From Callorhinchus milii (Eukaryota): a stretch of DNA of 64,000 bases. Position numbers and translations under genes: made by a program. The stretch covers positions 9,364,001-9,428,000 of the forward strand of contig NW_024704742.1 in the NCBI RefSeq assembly GCF_018977255.1. The letters run 5' to 3'. Positions 24,032 to 36,954 of this stretch are shown one piece after another; within the stretch, counting starts at the first letter, position 1; the number at the start of each line of letters is the position of its first letter. The notes beneath the pieces were generated by a model. It saw nothing but the letters and a program-made list of their open reading frames with translations, did not search any database and had not been told where the DNA came from.

Positions 24032-25311
24032 GGAGTGCAAAGGGCAATGAAATGTGCAAGTCAATTCAGTGCAGCAACATGCAGCTGGCATTCCCCCCAC
24101 TTCTCTGTGTGGGAATAAGGGAGAGACAATGGGACACCTGTAGATATACAATCTCAGTAAATAGGGTTAAAAAGTGCTCAAACTACTAGATTAATAGAGA
24201 TTATCGGACAAGGTCTTACTCACCCCGTACTTAAATATGTTTTACAAGCACAAATGCTCTGAGTAAAATCCACACGAGCACGTTTCAAGTGTCGTAGCCG
24301 CAACCATTACAACAACATAATATATGTGGAGAGGATTGGTTATGTTCCAAGAACTTAACATTTGCTCCACAGCCCGCCTTTTTTTGAAGAGGATGGCAGC
24401 TGTGTCAGATAATTAGTTACTTCATGAAAACAAAAAGGTCCTTTTATCGACCGACTATAAAACAAATTAGTACACGACCCCACACTGGGTCGATTTTATG
24501 CAGTATTACTGTGCTCGGCAATCTCCGGCAGCTTTATACCGCATGAGTTACATCTGTCGCTCTATTATTCTTGCATCTTAAGTGTTCTGGTGTGATAGGC
24601 TTCGGTACATTTGCCATTCCCTCCTGGGAAGCTTGACAGTGAGCGGGATTCCTCCTGCAAAAGAGGGATATCAGGGAAGCAATGATGGAAAGGTCACTGT
24701 TCTTTGTTTTCTGGTTTCATAAAGCAGCAAGCCTCAGTGGAACAGGGCAGTTTCATTGGTAAATGCCCATAATCTTCCCTTCAGCCCTTTTTTTTTCTTT
24801 GTCTGTCTATCTGTTTGTCTGCTTGCCTGTCTGCCTGCCTACATGCCTGCTGTTAGCCCTCCTTTTTCAAACAGAATAAAAACTGCAAAATGAAACGCTT
24901 ATCCTTCTGCCTTTGTTTCGCAAAATGCATGTGTAATCTTTTTCCCGACAAGAGCTGAACTCTTCGCACATTCCTGCACACAATCCATCTGCAACCTGAC
25001 AAAGTGGTAGATTATACCAACGTGGGCCTTTCACCATTTGGGAAACACCAAACGGAAGGCGTGACCAGCCAGCTCTTATAAATGCCTGGCAGTGAGTTAG
25101 AACACAAGCATTTTACCTTATCTCTGGCACAGCCTGGATTACTCAAGCACTAAGTTTCCCCAGTTCTGACGCAACTTCCTGCTATGTCTGAAGAGGCATT
25201 TTATTTTTCACTTTTGTAAATAAAATCAGAACGTCCTGGTGTTGAGTACACTGAGGCCTTTCTAAGCATTACGAATGGCCTGGATGCCTGTGTCACCAGC
25301 AGCAGCCCTTT

Positions 25312-25590
25312 ACAATACAGTACAAAATTACATTTGTAAGGCACCTCTTATGGCGGGAGGATGTCCCAAGGTGCTGAACAGTCAGGGATTTGGACCCGAT
25401 CGGGGGAGGGGGTAGGAGGGTGGCCAAAGGCACGGTCAAAGAGGAGGGTCTTGAGATGTATCTTTAAGGAGGCGAAGGGAATTTGGGATGGAGTTCCAAA
25501 GGGTGGGGGCAAAGAGGCTGAAGGCCCGACCGCTGATGATGGGGAGGACTGGGTGGGGTACGTGGAGCGGGCTGGAGCCCACTGAGCGAA
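25312..25590 (-). mobile_element. L2 3' end
   Basis: FASLKIHLKTLLFDRAFG and tail. Confidence 0.8.
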
Positions 25591-25705
25591 GGTTGATAAG
25601 GTTGATAAGGGGTCAAATATAGCACCTGTGCCATGCAAGAAAGAACGGGAGGTGGAAGAGTCATAGGCAGGTTCAAAACGGTAGGTTTTAAGGTGGGAAT
25701 AAAGA

Positions 25706-26790
25706 TACAACAACAACAAAATTACATGTGTACGGCACCTTTCTCATCCGGAGGATGGCCCGAGGTGCTGGACAGTCAATGTTTTGGACCCGAGCCGAGG
25801 GTCAGGATTGGGAAGGGTGGAGGGTAGTGGAGGAAGGAGGGTGATCAAAAGCACAGTTGAAGAAGAGGATCTTGAGATGGATCTCGAAAGAGGCAAGGGA
25901 GGGAGCGAGGAAGAGGGACTTCTGGATGGAGTTTCAGAGGGTGGGAGCAGAGTGGCAGCAGGCCCGCCCACCAATGCTTCAATGTTAAGTAGGCTGGAAC
26001 CCACTGAGCAGAGGGAGAGAGCAGGTTGGTAAGGGGTTAGGAGGTCACAGAGGTAGTGGGGAGCGAGGCCATGGAGGGCTTTGAAGGTAAGGACCAGGAT
26101 CTTGAACTGTATCCTTTGTGTGATGGGAAGCCAGTGGAGTCAGACAAGGATGGGGGTGATAGGGTCACGGAACCTGGCGCGGGAGAGGTCATGGGTTGCA
26201 GAGTTCTGGATGATCCGCAGCCTATGAAAGGAGGTTTTGGAGAGGCCGACAAGCAGGGCGTTTGGAGAGTCAAGCCTGGATGTTATGAATGCGTGTATGA
26301 GGGTTTCGGCGGCCTGCTGAATGACGGAACCAGTAGATGTTGCAGATTTGGGGCAAGGCGGAGCAGGTCATGGCACGGATGTGGGGTAGAAAGGATAGTT
26401 GAGGATCAAACAAGACGCCAAGGTTGCGGACTGGCTTACTAAGGTGGAGTGTGCAACCATGGATGGTGATGCTGTCAGCGCCTGAGGTGTGGAGTCACTG
26501 ATAGGAGCCAATCAGGAGAGCCTCAGTCTTGTTGACTTTCAACTGAAGAAAGTTAGCTCTCATCCAGGACTTGATGTCTGACACATTCTTTCAGGTTTGC
26601 AGTGATCCTGGAGTTAAGTGTGGAGGCAGAGAGGTACAGTTGGATGGCATCCGCATACATGTAGAAATACACCCCATGTCTGCGGATGATGTCACCAAGA
26701 GGGAACATATAGAGAATAGGGTGCGGGGGGGATTTGGAGAGGTAGAGGGAGGGAGTTCCAGAGGTTAGTCGTGTAGAATCTAAAGGTTCA
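25706..26790 (-). mobile_element. L2 fragment, RT C-terminal part to 3' end
   Basis: LYMFPLGDIIRRHGVYFYMYADAIQLY (degenerate YADD); collinear with 19950-20800; frameshifted. Confidence 0.92.
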
Positions 26791-26799
26791 GCTGCCTCT

Positions 26800-27780
26800 G
26801 GTGGCAAGGATAGGGCAGGGGATGCATGGCAAATCTGAGTTAGCTGGGACCGAGCAGAGGAGTGGGGTAGGAGGAGATTGGAGAGATGAGGAGGTACTAG
26901 GGCGTGAAGGGATTTATAGATGAGGGTGAGGACCTTGAAATCGATCTGCTGGGTGCTGGAGCCAGTGGAATCTGGTGAGGATGGGGTGGATTAACATGTG
27001 GATTTTGAGAAGTCTACTAAAAGTCTAAGCAGGAAGTAACAAAGATGTGAATAAGTAATTCAATGCATTCTGTGAGATAGGGACAGAGGCGGGAAGTGGA
27101 TATGAAAAAGGATAATATTTTAGATTGAAACAACAACTTGCACTGTTATTGCACCCTCAGAGCATTTAATAATGGTGGAGTTTGATAATTTGCTGGGGAA
27201 AGAATGAAGCTTACCATAGGCACAGTCAAACAGGAGAAGATCTTTGATTGCAAACTGAAGATGGGCAAGGAGGGGCCATTGAGACAGGGAGTTTCGGAGT
27301 CTAGTTGACTGAAAGCACAGCCACGAACGGTGGAGCACAGGGATGAGGGGCGTGCAGAAAGCCAGAGATAACTGAGGGAAGGATGTGGGTAGAGGAGTGG
27401 GGTGTGAGCAGGTGTGAATGGTAGGGAGGTGCTAGGGCATGGAATGATTTGTGTGTGAGTGTGAGGATCTTTAAATCAATCAGCTCTGTGACAGGGAGCC
27501 AGCAGGACCTGGCAAGAGTTGGGGTGATGAGGATGAGGAGTCTCGTACAGGTGAGGAGGCAACAGAGTTTGAATCGATTGGATTTTGTAAATGGTGGAGC
27601 ACAGGGCATCTGAGATATGCGGGGCGAGAGGTGACAATAGATTGGATAAGGGTTTGAGCTGTCTTTGGGTGTGAGGTATGATTGGAGGTGGGAGATGTTG
27701 TGGATTTGGAGGAAAGTGGTCCAGGGACTGAATGTGGGTAGCAAGGACAACAAGGGATCAAATCTGACACGTCTGTTGGC
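26800..27780 (-). mobile_element. Older L2 fragments
   Basis: WLPVTELIDLKILTLTHKSFHALAPPY motif; tail near 27130. Confidence 0.7.
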
Positions 27781-28807
27781 ACAGGTTCATGGAATCTAAG
27801 TATTGTGTATTGAAAGGGGTTAATGTTCTATTTTGAAAGTGTTAATATTTTATTGAAAAGGGTTAGTGATAGTAATAATCCCTGCATTTGATACAACGTC
27901 TTATCACGTTTTCGAGTTGTTTCAAGGCATTTCACAGAATGTACTGTAAAGTGAATTGACTGTATATTTGTGGGTGAAATGCACAGCCGATTGCTCACAA
28001 AGGTGTCCTGCAAACAGTCGTGTTTGTATTCAATATTGATAGGGTTAGTATTTTATATTGAGAGGCAGATAGTATTTAGCGCTCCAGGATGCGACCCCGC
28101 ATGAAGAGCGTTATATTAATGCAAGTTGTTGTTGTATCTCAAATTAAACATTCTACTCTGTTTAGATTTATTTTTGTGTAACTTCGCTGCTTGAATTTGT
28201 GACTAATAATCATTGATAACTGTGATTTGTGACAACAATCATCAAAATCTGCACACAATAATTTTACTCCCGCCTGCATTGTGAGCAGGAGTAGATTACA
28301 TCCTCCTTGGCCATTGAACTCCCTGATCAAGGTGATAGTGCAAACAGGCAGCACCAGGGTGCAGTGGAACAATTACAATGTGAGACAGACAGCACAGCGC
28401 AGAGCTTTCTAAATATAGCCTGAGCGCCAGCAGTGATGCTCCTGTGTTTATCTGCATCATTACATCAAGCCATCTGCTGCCGGGTTTCTCTGTAAACCCC
28501 CCACCCCCAACTCCTTGCCTATCAGACGCACAGAGCTTTCCCTGCACACACCACATACGCAGGCAAGAATAGCACAGAATGGCGTCACTGATTTATATAA
28601 AGGGAGTCTTTGGCCCTGGTGGCTTCCTGGGTGTGTTTCATTGAGCAGCCCCCAGGTTCCTGGTGATTTGTATTTCTTTTTTTAAACTGATATAAAGTCT
28701 CCGTCCCTGGCAAACGGAGATTGTTGATGGGCCGGTAGGTTTTGTGCCAGATGCTGTGCATTTCAATTAATTTTCGGTATGTCAAATGGTGAGCAAGCGA
28801 ATGTTCT

Positions 28808-28831
28808 TCTCTCTCTCTCGAGAGAGAGAGA
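28808..28831. repeat. Perfect 24-bp palindrome (TC)6(GA)6
   Basis: tctctctctctcgagagagagaga. Confidence 0.95.
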
Positions 28832-29444
28832 GATCAATCGAGATGCAGACAGGAATTCTGTTCCTCTTCTCCCACCCAATGATAACATAAATATGTCAGC
28901 ATGGATTTTCTTTCAAGGTTAGGGGCTTTATCTTCAGAGCTTCTTGTCAATTTAACCCTTTCTCTACAGGCGTATATACAATCCAGGGTTTTGAGTAATT
29001 TACTATTAATTCCCAATTAACCACTCCCCACCCACCACCATAAGAACATAAGAAATGCTCGATGAAGAAAAAGACTATTGTCCCTCAAGTTTGCCTTCCA
29101 TCTTCCTGGCAGTAGCATGCACATATGTCCCATTACTATCCCACTACAATTAACTGCCCATTTCTTCCCTCCTCTCCTAACCAGTCTATCTCAGGTCTGT
29201 GGTCCAAAACACTGGTAGTTTTCTGAAATCTTCTGCTTCACTCAAGTAACCATCTGTGCACCTGGACAGTAAATGTTGGTCCAGCCCGGATCACCTTAAC
29301 ATCCACATACGTGCACAGGTTGCCAATAAGTGACAGCCCTGGCTGATTTTCTACCTCCCTAACCCAAAGTGACTGAAGCCAGCTACTGATACCTCCACTT
29401 TAAAAAAAGGATAGAGTTTTCATCCATTGATGTAAAGTTAACCG

Positions 29445-29835
29445 AAATAATCCTTGCATTTGATGTAATACCTTTATAATCATAACAATCCTTGCCTTTG
29501 ATATAGCACCTGATTGCATCACGTTTTTGAGACATCTCAAAGCGCTTCACAGAATGTACTGTGAAGTGAATTGACTGGATATTTTGTGGGGAAAAGCGGC
29601 AGTCAATTGCTCACAACAGTGCGCCACAAACAGTTGCGGAATAAATTTATTATTTATTTATTTTTCTGAAGGAATTACTACACCCGGAAAAACGATCCAC
29701 CAATCAACTAACAACTGGATTTCTACTTGGGTAAACAGAGGTGTGTGGTGGAGTAAGGAAACTTGACCAGTGTTTCGTCCTGCCAGGGAAACAAACCCAG
29801 GTCCCCTCGTTTGCGAGGCAAGTGCTCTACCACTA
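29445..29835 (-). mobile_element. tRNA-derived SINE with duplicated tail segment
   Basis: Two aatccttgc(a/c)tttgat tail ends, then body and head. Confidence 0.85.
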
Positions 29836-29919
29836 AGGTTAACCTTTTGAGACGTATAACATTTTAAATGGAATTGAAAAAGTAAACCCAGAAAAAGACA
29901 ATTGAACAAGAGAGAACAA

Positions 29920-30508
29920 GAGTACACAGGTTTAGAGGTGCAAATGGTAATTACAGGACAGATACTAGGAAGTTTTTCTTTACTCAGAGGATAATTATTG
30001 CCTGGAACAAGTTGTTAGGAAGGGTGATTGAGGCCAGGACACTGGTTTCATTTTAAAAGCAGCTTTGATGCTGTAATGGGAGGATAATAATAATAATAAT
30101 CCTTGCATTTGATATAGCGCTTTTCACGTCTTCTAGACATCCCAAAGTGCTTCACAGAATATACTGTAAAGTGAATTGATTGCATATTTGTGGGTGAACG
30201 CAGCAGCCAATTGCGCACAGCAATGTCCCACAAACAGTCGTAGATTGAAAATGACCAATTTATTATTGTTTTTTTTGGTTTTGGAGGGATTATTATTAGG
30301 CTCTGTGTGGAGTAAGGAAACTTGCCCAAGGTTTCGCTCTGCCGGGAATTGAACTCAGGTCTCTCGCTTGCAAAGCAAGTGCTCTAACCACTGAGCTACA
30401 GGACTCCACAGGATGGTGGGATGAGCATTCTGAAGGGATTAAATCAGATGGGCTAAAGATCAAATCAGATGAGCTAAAGGGCCTTCTTCATCCAAACTGA
30501 TCTTGTGG
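29920..30508 (+). mobile_element. CR1 3' end, (GATCTTGT)n family, split by a young SINE
   Basis: Sequence is continuous across the SINE; ends gccttcttcatccaaactgatcttgtg. Confidence 0.7.
30086..30409 (-). mobile_element. tRNA-derived SINE, young short subfamily, full length
   Basis: TSD aggat at 30081-30085 and 30410-30414. Confidence 0.95.
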
Positions 30509-30967
30509 AAAACTGCCGTGTGCAATTGGCTGCCGCTTTTCGCCACAAAATATATCAATTCACTTTGAGGTATATTCTGTGAAGTGCTTTGAGATGTCGC
30601 AAAGATGTGGTAAGTTGCCATATCAAATGCAAGGATGATTATTATTATTGTGATATGCTGGATGAGCTAGAATTATATTGTTATATTATGAAACATTTTC
30701 TAAAAAACGTGGAGAAACAATTGACTGGCACTAGGGTAATTCTCTGAAACTATGCTGACACTAAAAGTCTGTTGTAAGGTAAATGTATCCTCTGTGCCTA
30801 CCCCTATACTAAAGTTCTGTTGTAAGATAAAGTTTTGCCCACAAAACATACAGTCAATTTACTTTACAGTACATTCTGTGAAGCACATTGAGACATTTTG
30901 AAGACATGATAAGGCACTATATCAAATGCAAGGATTATTATATTATTATTAAATACACATTATACTC

Positions 30968-31290
30968 GTGGAGTCCTGTAGCTCAGTGGTTAGAGCACTC
31001 GCTTTGCAAGTGAGAGACCTGAGTTCAATTCCAGGCAGGTCAGGGCGAAACCTTGGGCAATTTCCTTACTTCACACGCCTAATAATAATCCCTCCAAAAC
31101 AAACAATAATAAATTGGTCATTTTCAATCTACGACTGTTTGTGGGACATTGCTGTGCGCAATTGGCTGCCGCATTCGCCCACAAATATACAGTCAATTCA
31201 CTTTACAGTGTATTCTGTGAAGCGCTTTGGGACGTCCTCCCGACGTGAAAAGCGCTATATCAAATGCAAGGATTATTATTATTATTATTA
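30968..31290 (+). mobile_element. tRNA-derived SINE, young short subfamily, full length
   Basis: TSD tactc at 30963-30967 and 31289-31293. Confidence 0.95.
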
Positions 31291-31849
31291 CTCTGCATTA
31301 TCTCTGTATTGAAGGGAGTTGCTGAAATGTGTGGCATTAATGGTAGTTATATAACAGAACTACTGAAAAACCCTGCTGTTATCAGTGCTATTGGATGGGA
31401 TTGATATTAGATTGCCATATCTGCATTTTCTGAAGGCAAGCTCCATGCAAAAAAGGTGGCAAACAGCACCTCCTTTGCTGCCCTCCTATTGACTTCATTT
31501 CAACCTCCCAAAGTCAGCAAGAAACGCCTCCTCAGGTTTTTCTTGACATGCTGGGACCCACTTTATAACTTACAACCTAGCTGCTGTCAGAGGCAGCACT
31601 GCAATGTAAAGGTGGCATTAGTGGGATGCATTGCTCCATTTATGCTGCAGGCGTTCTTCAGCAAACAGCTGTGTTGTGCAGTTACCCTGCTCTTGTGGAG
31701 GGAAATCCCAGTTGGGGTGAGCTTTACTCTGCGCCTTGGGACGTCCTCCCGACATGAAAGGCGCTCTATAAATGGAATCTTGTTGTTGTTGTTGTTGTAC
31801 TCTGTTTCTTAGAGCGTCCAAAGTTTGGCAAATTGTTGAATTCACTCTT

Positions 31850-32200
31850 GTGCAGTCCTGTGGCATAATGGTTATCTCACAAGCGAGAGGACCCGGGCTC
31901 GATTCCCCAGCAGGGCGAAACATTATGCAAGTTTCCTTACGACACACGTGTCTGTTTACCTAGCAATAAGTAGGAACCTGGTTGTTAGTCGATTGGCAGA
32001 TTGCTTTCCGTGAGCAATAATCCCTCAAAAAAAATTTGTTCACTCATTCCACATTTGTGGAACACTGCTGTGCACAATTGGCTGACGCATTCCACGCACA
32101 AAATACACAATCAATTCAATTTACAATATATTCTGTGATGCACTTTCAGATGCTTCAACGATGTGGCAAGGCACTGTATCAAATGCAAGGATTATTATTC
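31850..32200 (+). mobile_element. tRNA-derived SINE, long subfamily
   Basis: Head with small deletion, internal segment, core, tail. Confidence 0.85.
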
Positions 32201-32366
32201 ATTTTGAAACTGTTTTTCTGTGGTTCTTAATAGAAACCTACAGAAAACTAGCTGCAGATTTCAGACTGTATTTAAGAATTCACCAATGCCTGTATGCTTT
32301 GAGATGCAACATAGAGTAAACGTGTAAATTCTAACCATCCAAGCTGTTTATACTTTATATACATTG

Positions 32367-32575
32367 AGGCATGAAATTCCACCTCGCCTCAATCTGTAAG
32401 ATCATTTTATCTTGAAATTCAAGAGGGCTCAGAATTGTACAAAATTCTTAAATTCAATCTTAATTGGTTCTGTGTTTTAAGAGCTGCAGAAAATTTACCT
32501 CCAAATTAAGATAGATCTTTTAGGAATTTTGCACAGGTCTGCTGAAATTTGCACATTGAATTTTACAGGTTTACA
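32367..32575. mobile_element. Palindromic MITE, same family as 60261-60493
   Basis: ggcatgaaattccacc terminus; arms aattcttaaattcaatcttaatt / aattaagatagatc. Confidence 0.6.
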
Positions 32576-32807
32576 CATATGGGCTCTGGGACGCTACCTT
32601 GTGTGAAGGGCGCTGTATAAATGCAAGTTGTTGTTGTGTGCAGTTGTTTTAAATACTGCCTGGGACTTTTGACAAGGGTCAGAATCTTCCCAGTGATTTA
32701 CGGTCCAGAGGAAAGAAGTTGAAAGCACTCCAGCTGTTGATATTGGAAACATCTCTGTGTCTGAAGGTGAATGTTTATAGCACTGTTGGAAGCAGTGCTA
32801 TAGGCGA

Positions 32808-33010
32808 GAGTCACAAGATGACAAGGTCGGTCTGGATGAAGAAAGTCCTTTGGCTGTCCAGAACACCGAACCTACTGTCTCTCCATCATAGCATCAAGCT
32901 GCTTTTTAAATGAGACCAATTGGCCTCAATCACCTTTCCTGCCAACCCATTCCAGTCATTTATTATCCTCTTAGTGAAGGCAACTGTCCTGAAATTGCCC
33001 CCAGACACTC
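32808..33010 (-). mobile_element. CR1 3' end, (GATCTTGT)n family
   Basis: FTKRIINDWNGL; tcacaagatgacaag terminus. Confidence 0.7.
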
Positions 33011-33168
33011 CAATTGTATGTCTCCTTACAATGCAGGATAACACCAGCAATTTGGTGGCAAACACCACTCGGAGGACGAGAATCATGCAATTGAGTTTGC
33101 ACTTTGTCTCCTGCCTCATGACTGGCATAATGAAAATGCGGTGGGTTGGGATGTTGATTTATATAGCT

Positions 33169-33500
33169 GTGGAGTCCTGTAGCTTAGTGGTTAGAGCGCT
33201 CACATCGCAAGCAAGAGTACCTGGGATTGATTCCTGGGCAGAACGAAATGTTGGGCAGGTTTCCTTAATACACATGCCTCTGTTTACCTAGCTTTTCAGG
33301 GGGTAACAATTCCTTATTTAAAAAAAATTGTGGTCAATCAATCCACGACTGTTTGTGGGACACTGCTGTGCACAATTGGCTGCTGCGTTTCGCCCACAAA
33401 ATATACAGTTAATTCACTTTGCAGTATATTCTGTGAAGCGCTTTGAGACTTCTCAAAGACGTGATAAGGCGCTATATCAAATGCAAAGGACTATTATTAT
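33169..33500 (+). mobile_element. tRNA-derived SINE
   Basis: Head, partly deleted internal segment, core, tail. Confidence 0.88.
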
Positions 33501-33664
33501 CAGTGTCCCAGTGTTCAGGCTATACTGGAAACCTTACGTTGTCCAAAAGTGTTCAGAAAACTATTATACACGTTTCATTAAAGGAATTCCACGCTCATGT
33601 GTGGAAGGGTCACATGATTGAGGACATGCTTCAAGCTGTAATATAATATATCCACTGTTATGAG

Positions 33665-33930
33665 CATAAGAACATAAGAAATGCTAGACAAAAAAAAAAT
33701 ATGGTTCATCTAGTTTGCCTTCCACCTTCCTGGCAGTCGCTTACACATATGTCTCAAATTACCTATGTGCTATAACCCATAATGTTATTTCCTAAAAGAA
33801 AACTATCTAATCTGTGTTTGAATCAATCAACATTTCCTGCTTCAACCATCTCCCTCGGGAGCCTGTTGCACAGGTTTACTGTTCACTCACTGAAATAGTG
33901 TTTCTGTAGATTCGTTGTGAGTTTACCCGC
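33665..33930 (-). mobile_element. CR1 3' end, (TTCTTATG)n family
   Basis: cataagaacataagaa terminus; decayed ORF end. Confidence 0.65.
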
Positions 33931-34249
33931 CTGTTGCTGAAGTCATACACAATAATAATGGATGACAGTAGAGAGATTGCTCTAAAGGGTTTAAAGAAGG
34001 TAGAGTATACATTATGGGTTATGGGTGAGGTGTTTTTAATGGATTGAGTGGCATAGCCTAGGATGGTTTATATGCAAGATTGTTCTAAACTAGAGCCATC
34101 AATAAGAGAAACATGTATAGAGGGCAGCGGGGCGGGGGAGGGTATTTGGTAGGAGGTAAGTGGGATCTCCTTGGAGACCAGCTGGTTACAAGGTGAAGTG
34201 TTTGGTAACGGATTGTTGGAAACCCGTCAGGCCTTTGTGGTAGTGTCAA

Positions 34250-34515
34250 TACAAAAATGCAAAATTACATTTGTAAAGCGTGTTTCACGTTATGAGGATG
34301 TCCAAAGGCTCTGGATAGTCAGGGATTTGGACCTGAGCAGTGTGTGGGGGGTGGTTGGGATCAGGGAGGTGGAGGGCAGGAAGGTGACCAAAGGGAGCAA
34401 GGAAGGGAATGTGGGATGGCGTTCCAAAGAATGGGGCCAGTGAGGCTGAAGGCCAGACTGATGATGGTGTGGTAGGCCGGGCGGGGGTCGTAAAGTAAGC
34501 AGGAGCCTGCTGAAC
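34250..34515 (-). mobile_element. L2 3' end
   Basis: Tail and AFSLTGPILWN-type motif. Confidence 0.7.
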
Positions 34516-34917
34516 AGAGGGAACAGATGTGTTGATATATCAAAATAGTCTGATTCCTGAACCACAGTACTCCAGGGCACTGATGTTGATGGACAGTGTG
34601 TGTTGGGGGACTTCTACAGTTTAATTAGGTAAAACCGCAGAGCTTTTCATTGATATCTAATCATAATGAGTTGTACCACTATCAAAAAAACTTTCATCAC
34701 AATTCCCTCATTAGCCCAGTAACCAACTTTCCATTAGTTTCTTCCCTTTTCGCAAGCTGTGAAATACTGCATTTCTCACCTTCCGTGTCCCGTCATGAAA
34801 TGAAATCACCTGGGATGCTTCTCAGCACTGTAACACGCTGCCAATAAGTCACCAGAGGATTGTGTGAGGCAGAAATTACCCACATGCTACTGCTACTGGA
34901 TGCTTAATATGTCTGAA

Positions 34918-35260
34918 AACTGTAACTCAGTGATGAGAGGACTCGCCTTGCAAGCAAGAGACCTGGGTTTGATTCCCAGCAGGGTAAAATGTGTGGGCAA
35001 GTTTCCTTACTCCATGCACCTCTGCTTACCTAGCAGTAGGTATGAACCCGGTTGTTAGTTGATTGCTGGATTGCTTTTCTGGGGGTAATAATTCCTTTAA
35101 AAAAATTGTTCACTTCAATCCACGACTGTTTGTGGGACACTGCTGTGTTTAATTGGCTCCCACGTTTTGCCTACAAAATATACAATCAATTCACTTTACT
35201 GTAAATTTTACTTTATTCTGTGAAGCGCTTTGAGACGTCTTGAAGACATAATAGGGCTTA
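34918..35260 (+). mobile_element. tRNA-derived SINE, long subfamily
   Basis: Head, internal segment, core; tail end missing. Confidence 0.85.
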
Positions 35261-36081
35261 TCACGCCTTATTTTTAGATCATTTGTGATTGTTTATTAGA
35301 TTTCATAAAACCATGGCCAAGAAAGAGATCGCTTGAGGTAACCAAAGACATGGTGCACATGAATGCACCACATTTTCTTTTATGCGGAGGTCTGCAGCTT
35401 CCGGCAATACATTATATCCCAATAGAAACGCTTTCTGTAATCCGCCTATTTTAAAACTTGTGAAAGGACCAAATAGTTGTTTATTTATTGTGGGTCTGGG
35501 CAATTATTATGTCTTTGCATGTGGAAGGCACTAATGCATAACGAGAGCTCTGACCCTTTGCTTTGTTTGTGTTAATGTGTGGATATATTCTCACACACAC
35601 CAGTAAGCTTTACTTGTATGTTTTATACAGAACAGTAGTCGGCAGTTTCAGCAATGAACAAGTGCTCTGCCAAATCCGTCTGCCCATTCAGCTGGATGTT
35701 AAAGATCCTATGGCATTATTTTGGAAAGCAAAGGTAGCTTCTCCCATTGTCCACCCACCCAACAATCCCCCAGATAAATTGATCACTCAACTCCTGGGTG
35801 AACAACATGGATGTGCACAAATTAGCTACTGCATTGACCAACAAAAACACAGTTGCAGCCTGTTACAGGAAACTCTGTAATCCTTTCAGATGTTTTGTTA
35901 TGGGCATTATATCAAATGCTTTAAGTATTTTAAAGTTACACGTCTCACTCCCCAAGGTGCAGTTAACATAAACGAGTTCCAGAAGTTCTCAGTTAGTCTT
36001 TGAGGAAAATGACACATGGATGTGTCCTATCACGGCACAGGAGTAGACTCCTGTTTATTAACATGCTTTACTTATAATCCT

Positions 36082-36428
36082 TAATAATAATAATTCTTGC
36101 ATTTGATATAGCATCTTATCACATCTTCGAGATATCTCAAAGAACTTCACAGAATATACTGTAAAGTGAATTGACTGTATGTTTTGTGGGCAAAACGCAG
36201 CAGCAAATTGCGCACAGCATTGTCCCACAATCGTGGATTGAGTGATCAATTTTTTTTTTGCCGGACTTATTACACCCAGAAAAGCGACCGCCAATCGACT
36301 AATAGCCGGGTTCCTAATTACTGCTGGATAAACAAAAGAGTGTGGAGTAAGGAAACTTGCCTAACATTTAACCCTGCCCAGGAATTGAACCCAGGTCTGT
36401 AGTACAGTGCTCTAACCATTAAGCTACA
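36082..36428 (-). mobile_element. tRNA-derived SINE, long subfamily
   Basis: Tail, core, internal segment, head. Confidence 0.88.
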
Positions 36429-36954
36429 GCACTATTTAACAGCCAAGACAATTTTGGCCAAACATATGAACAATATAAAATAGCTGACAACTGATGTCTC
36501 ACTATGACTTGCAGGAATTCAGTTTCAGATAAATAATGTAAATAAATTCCTTTAGACAGTGCACATGCATTCAGAATAACAAGTACATAAAAATATTTCA
36601 AGTTGCAGATTTGTTTTTGAAGCAGATGAGTATGAATGTTCCATTCACATTGAATGCCAAAAAAATGTCTTCCTCCTTCAAATCAACCAGTACCTGGAAT
36701 AATCGTATCTTTGAGACCAAAGCTGTGAGCTAATCTGCAGCAATAATTTGCATCTGTATGTCCTAGCAACTTGAAATGTGCTGTATAAATGTAAATTTCT
36801 ATAGTATTGTACGTAGCACCTGTAGAGAGAACATGTCAAAGTGCTTTATAGCACTCCAAAGCACTCTGGGACACTATCCTGCGTAAATGTAAATTGTTGT
36901 TAGAACTTGTGTGGGAATCTAAGCTGTGAAGGAGTTAGGAGACAATGGTGAATA

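Noticed and set aside
24633..24645. ttgacagtgagcg, matching the miR-30a 5' flank
   Set aside because: Not followed by the miR-30 mature sequence or a precursor-length stem
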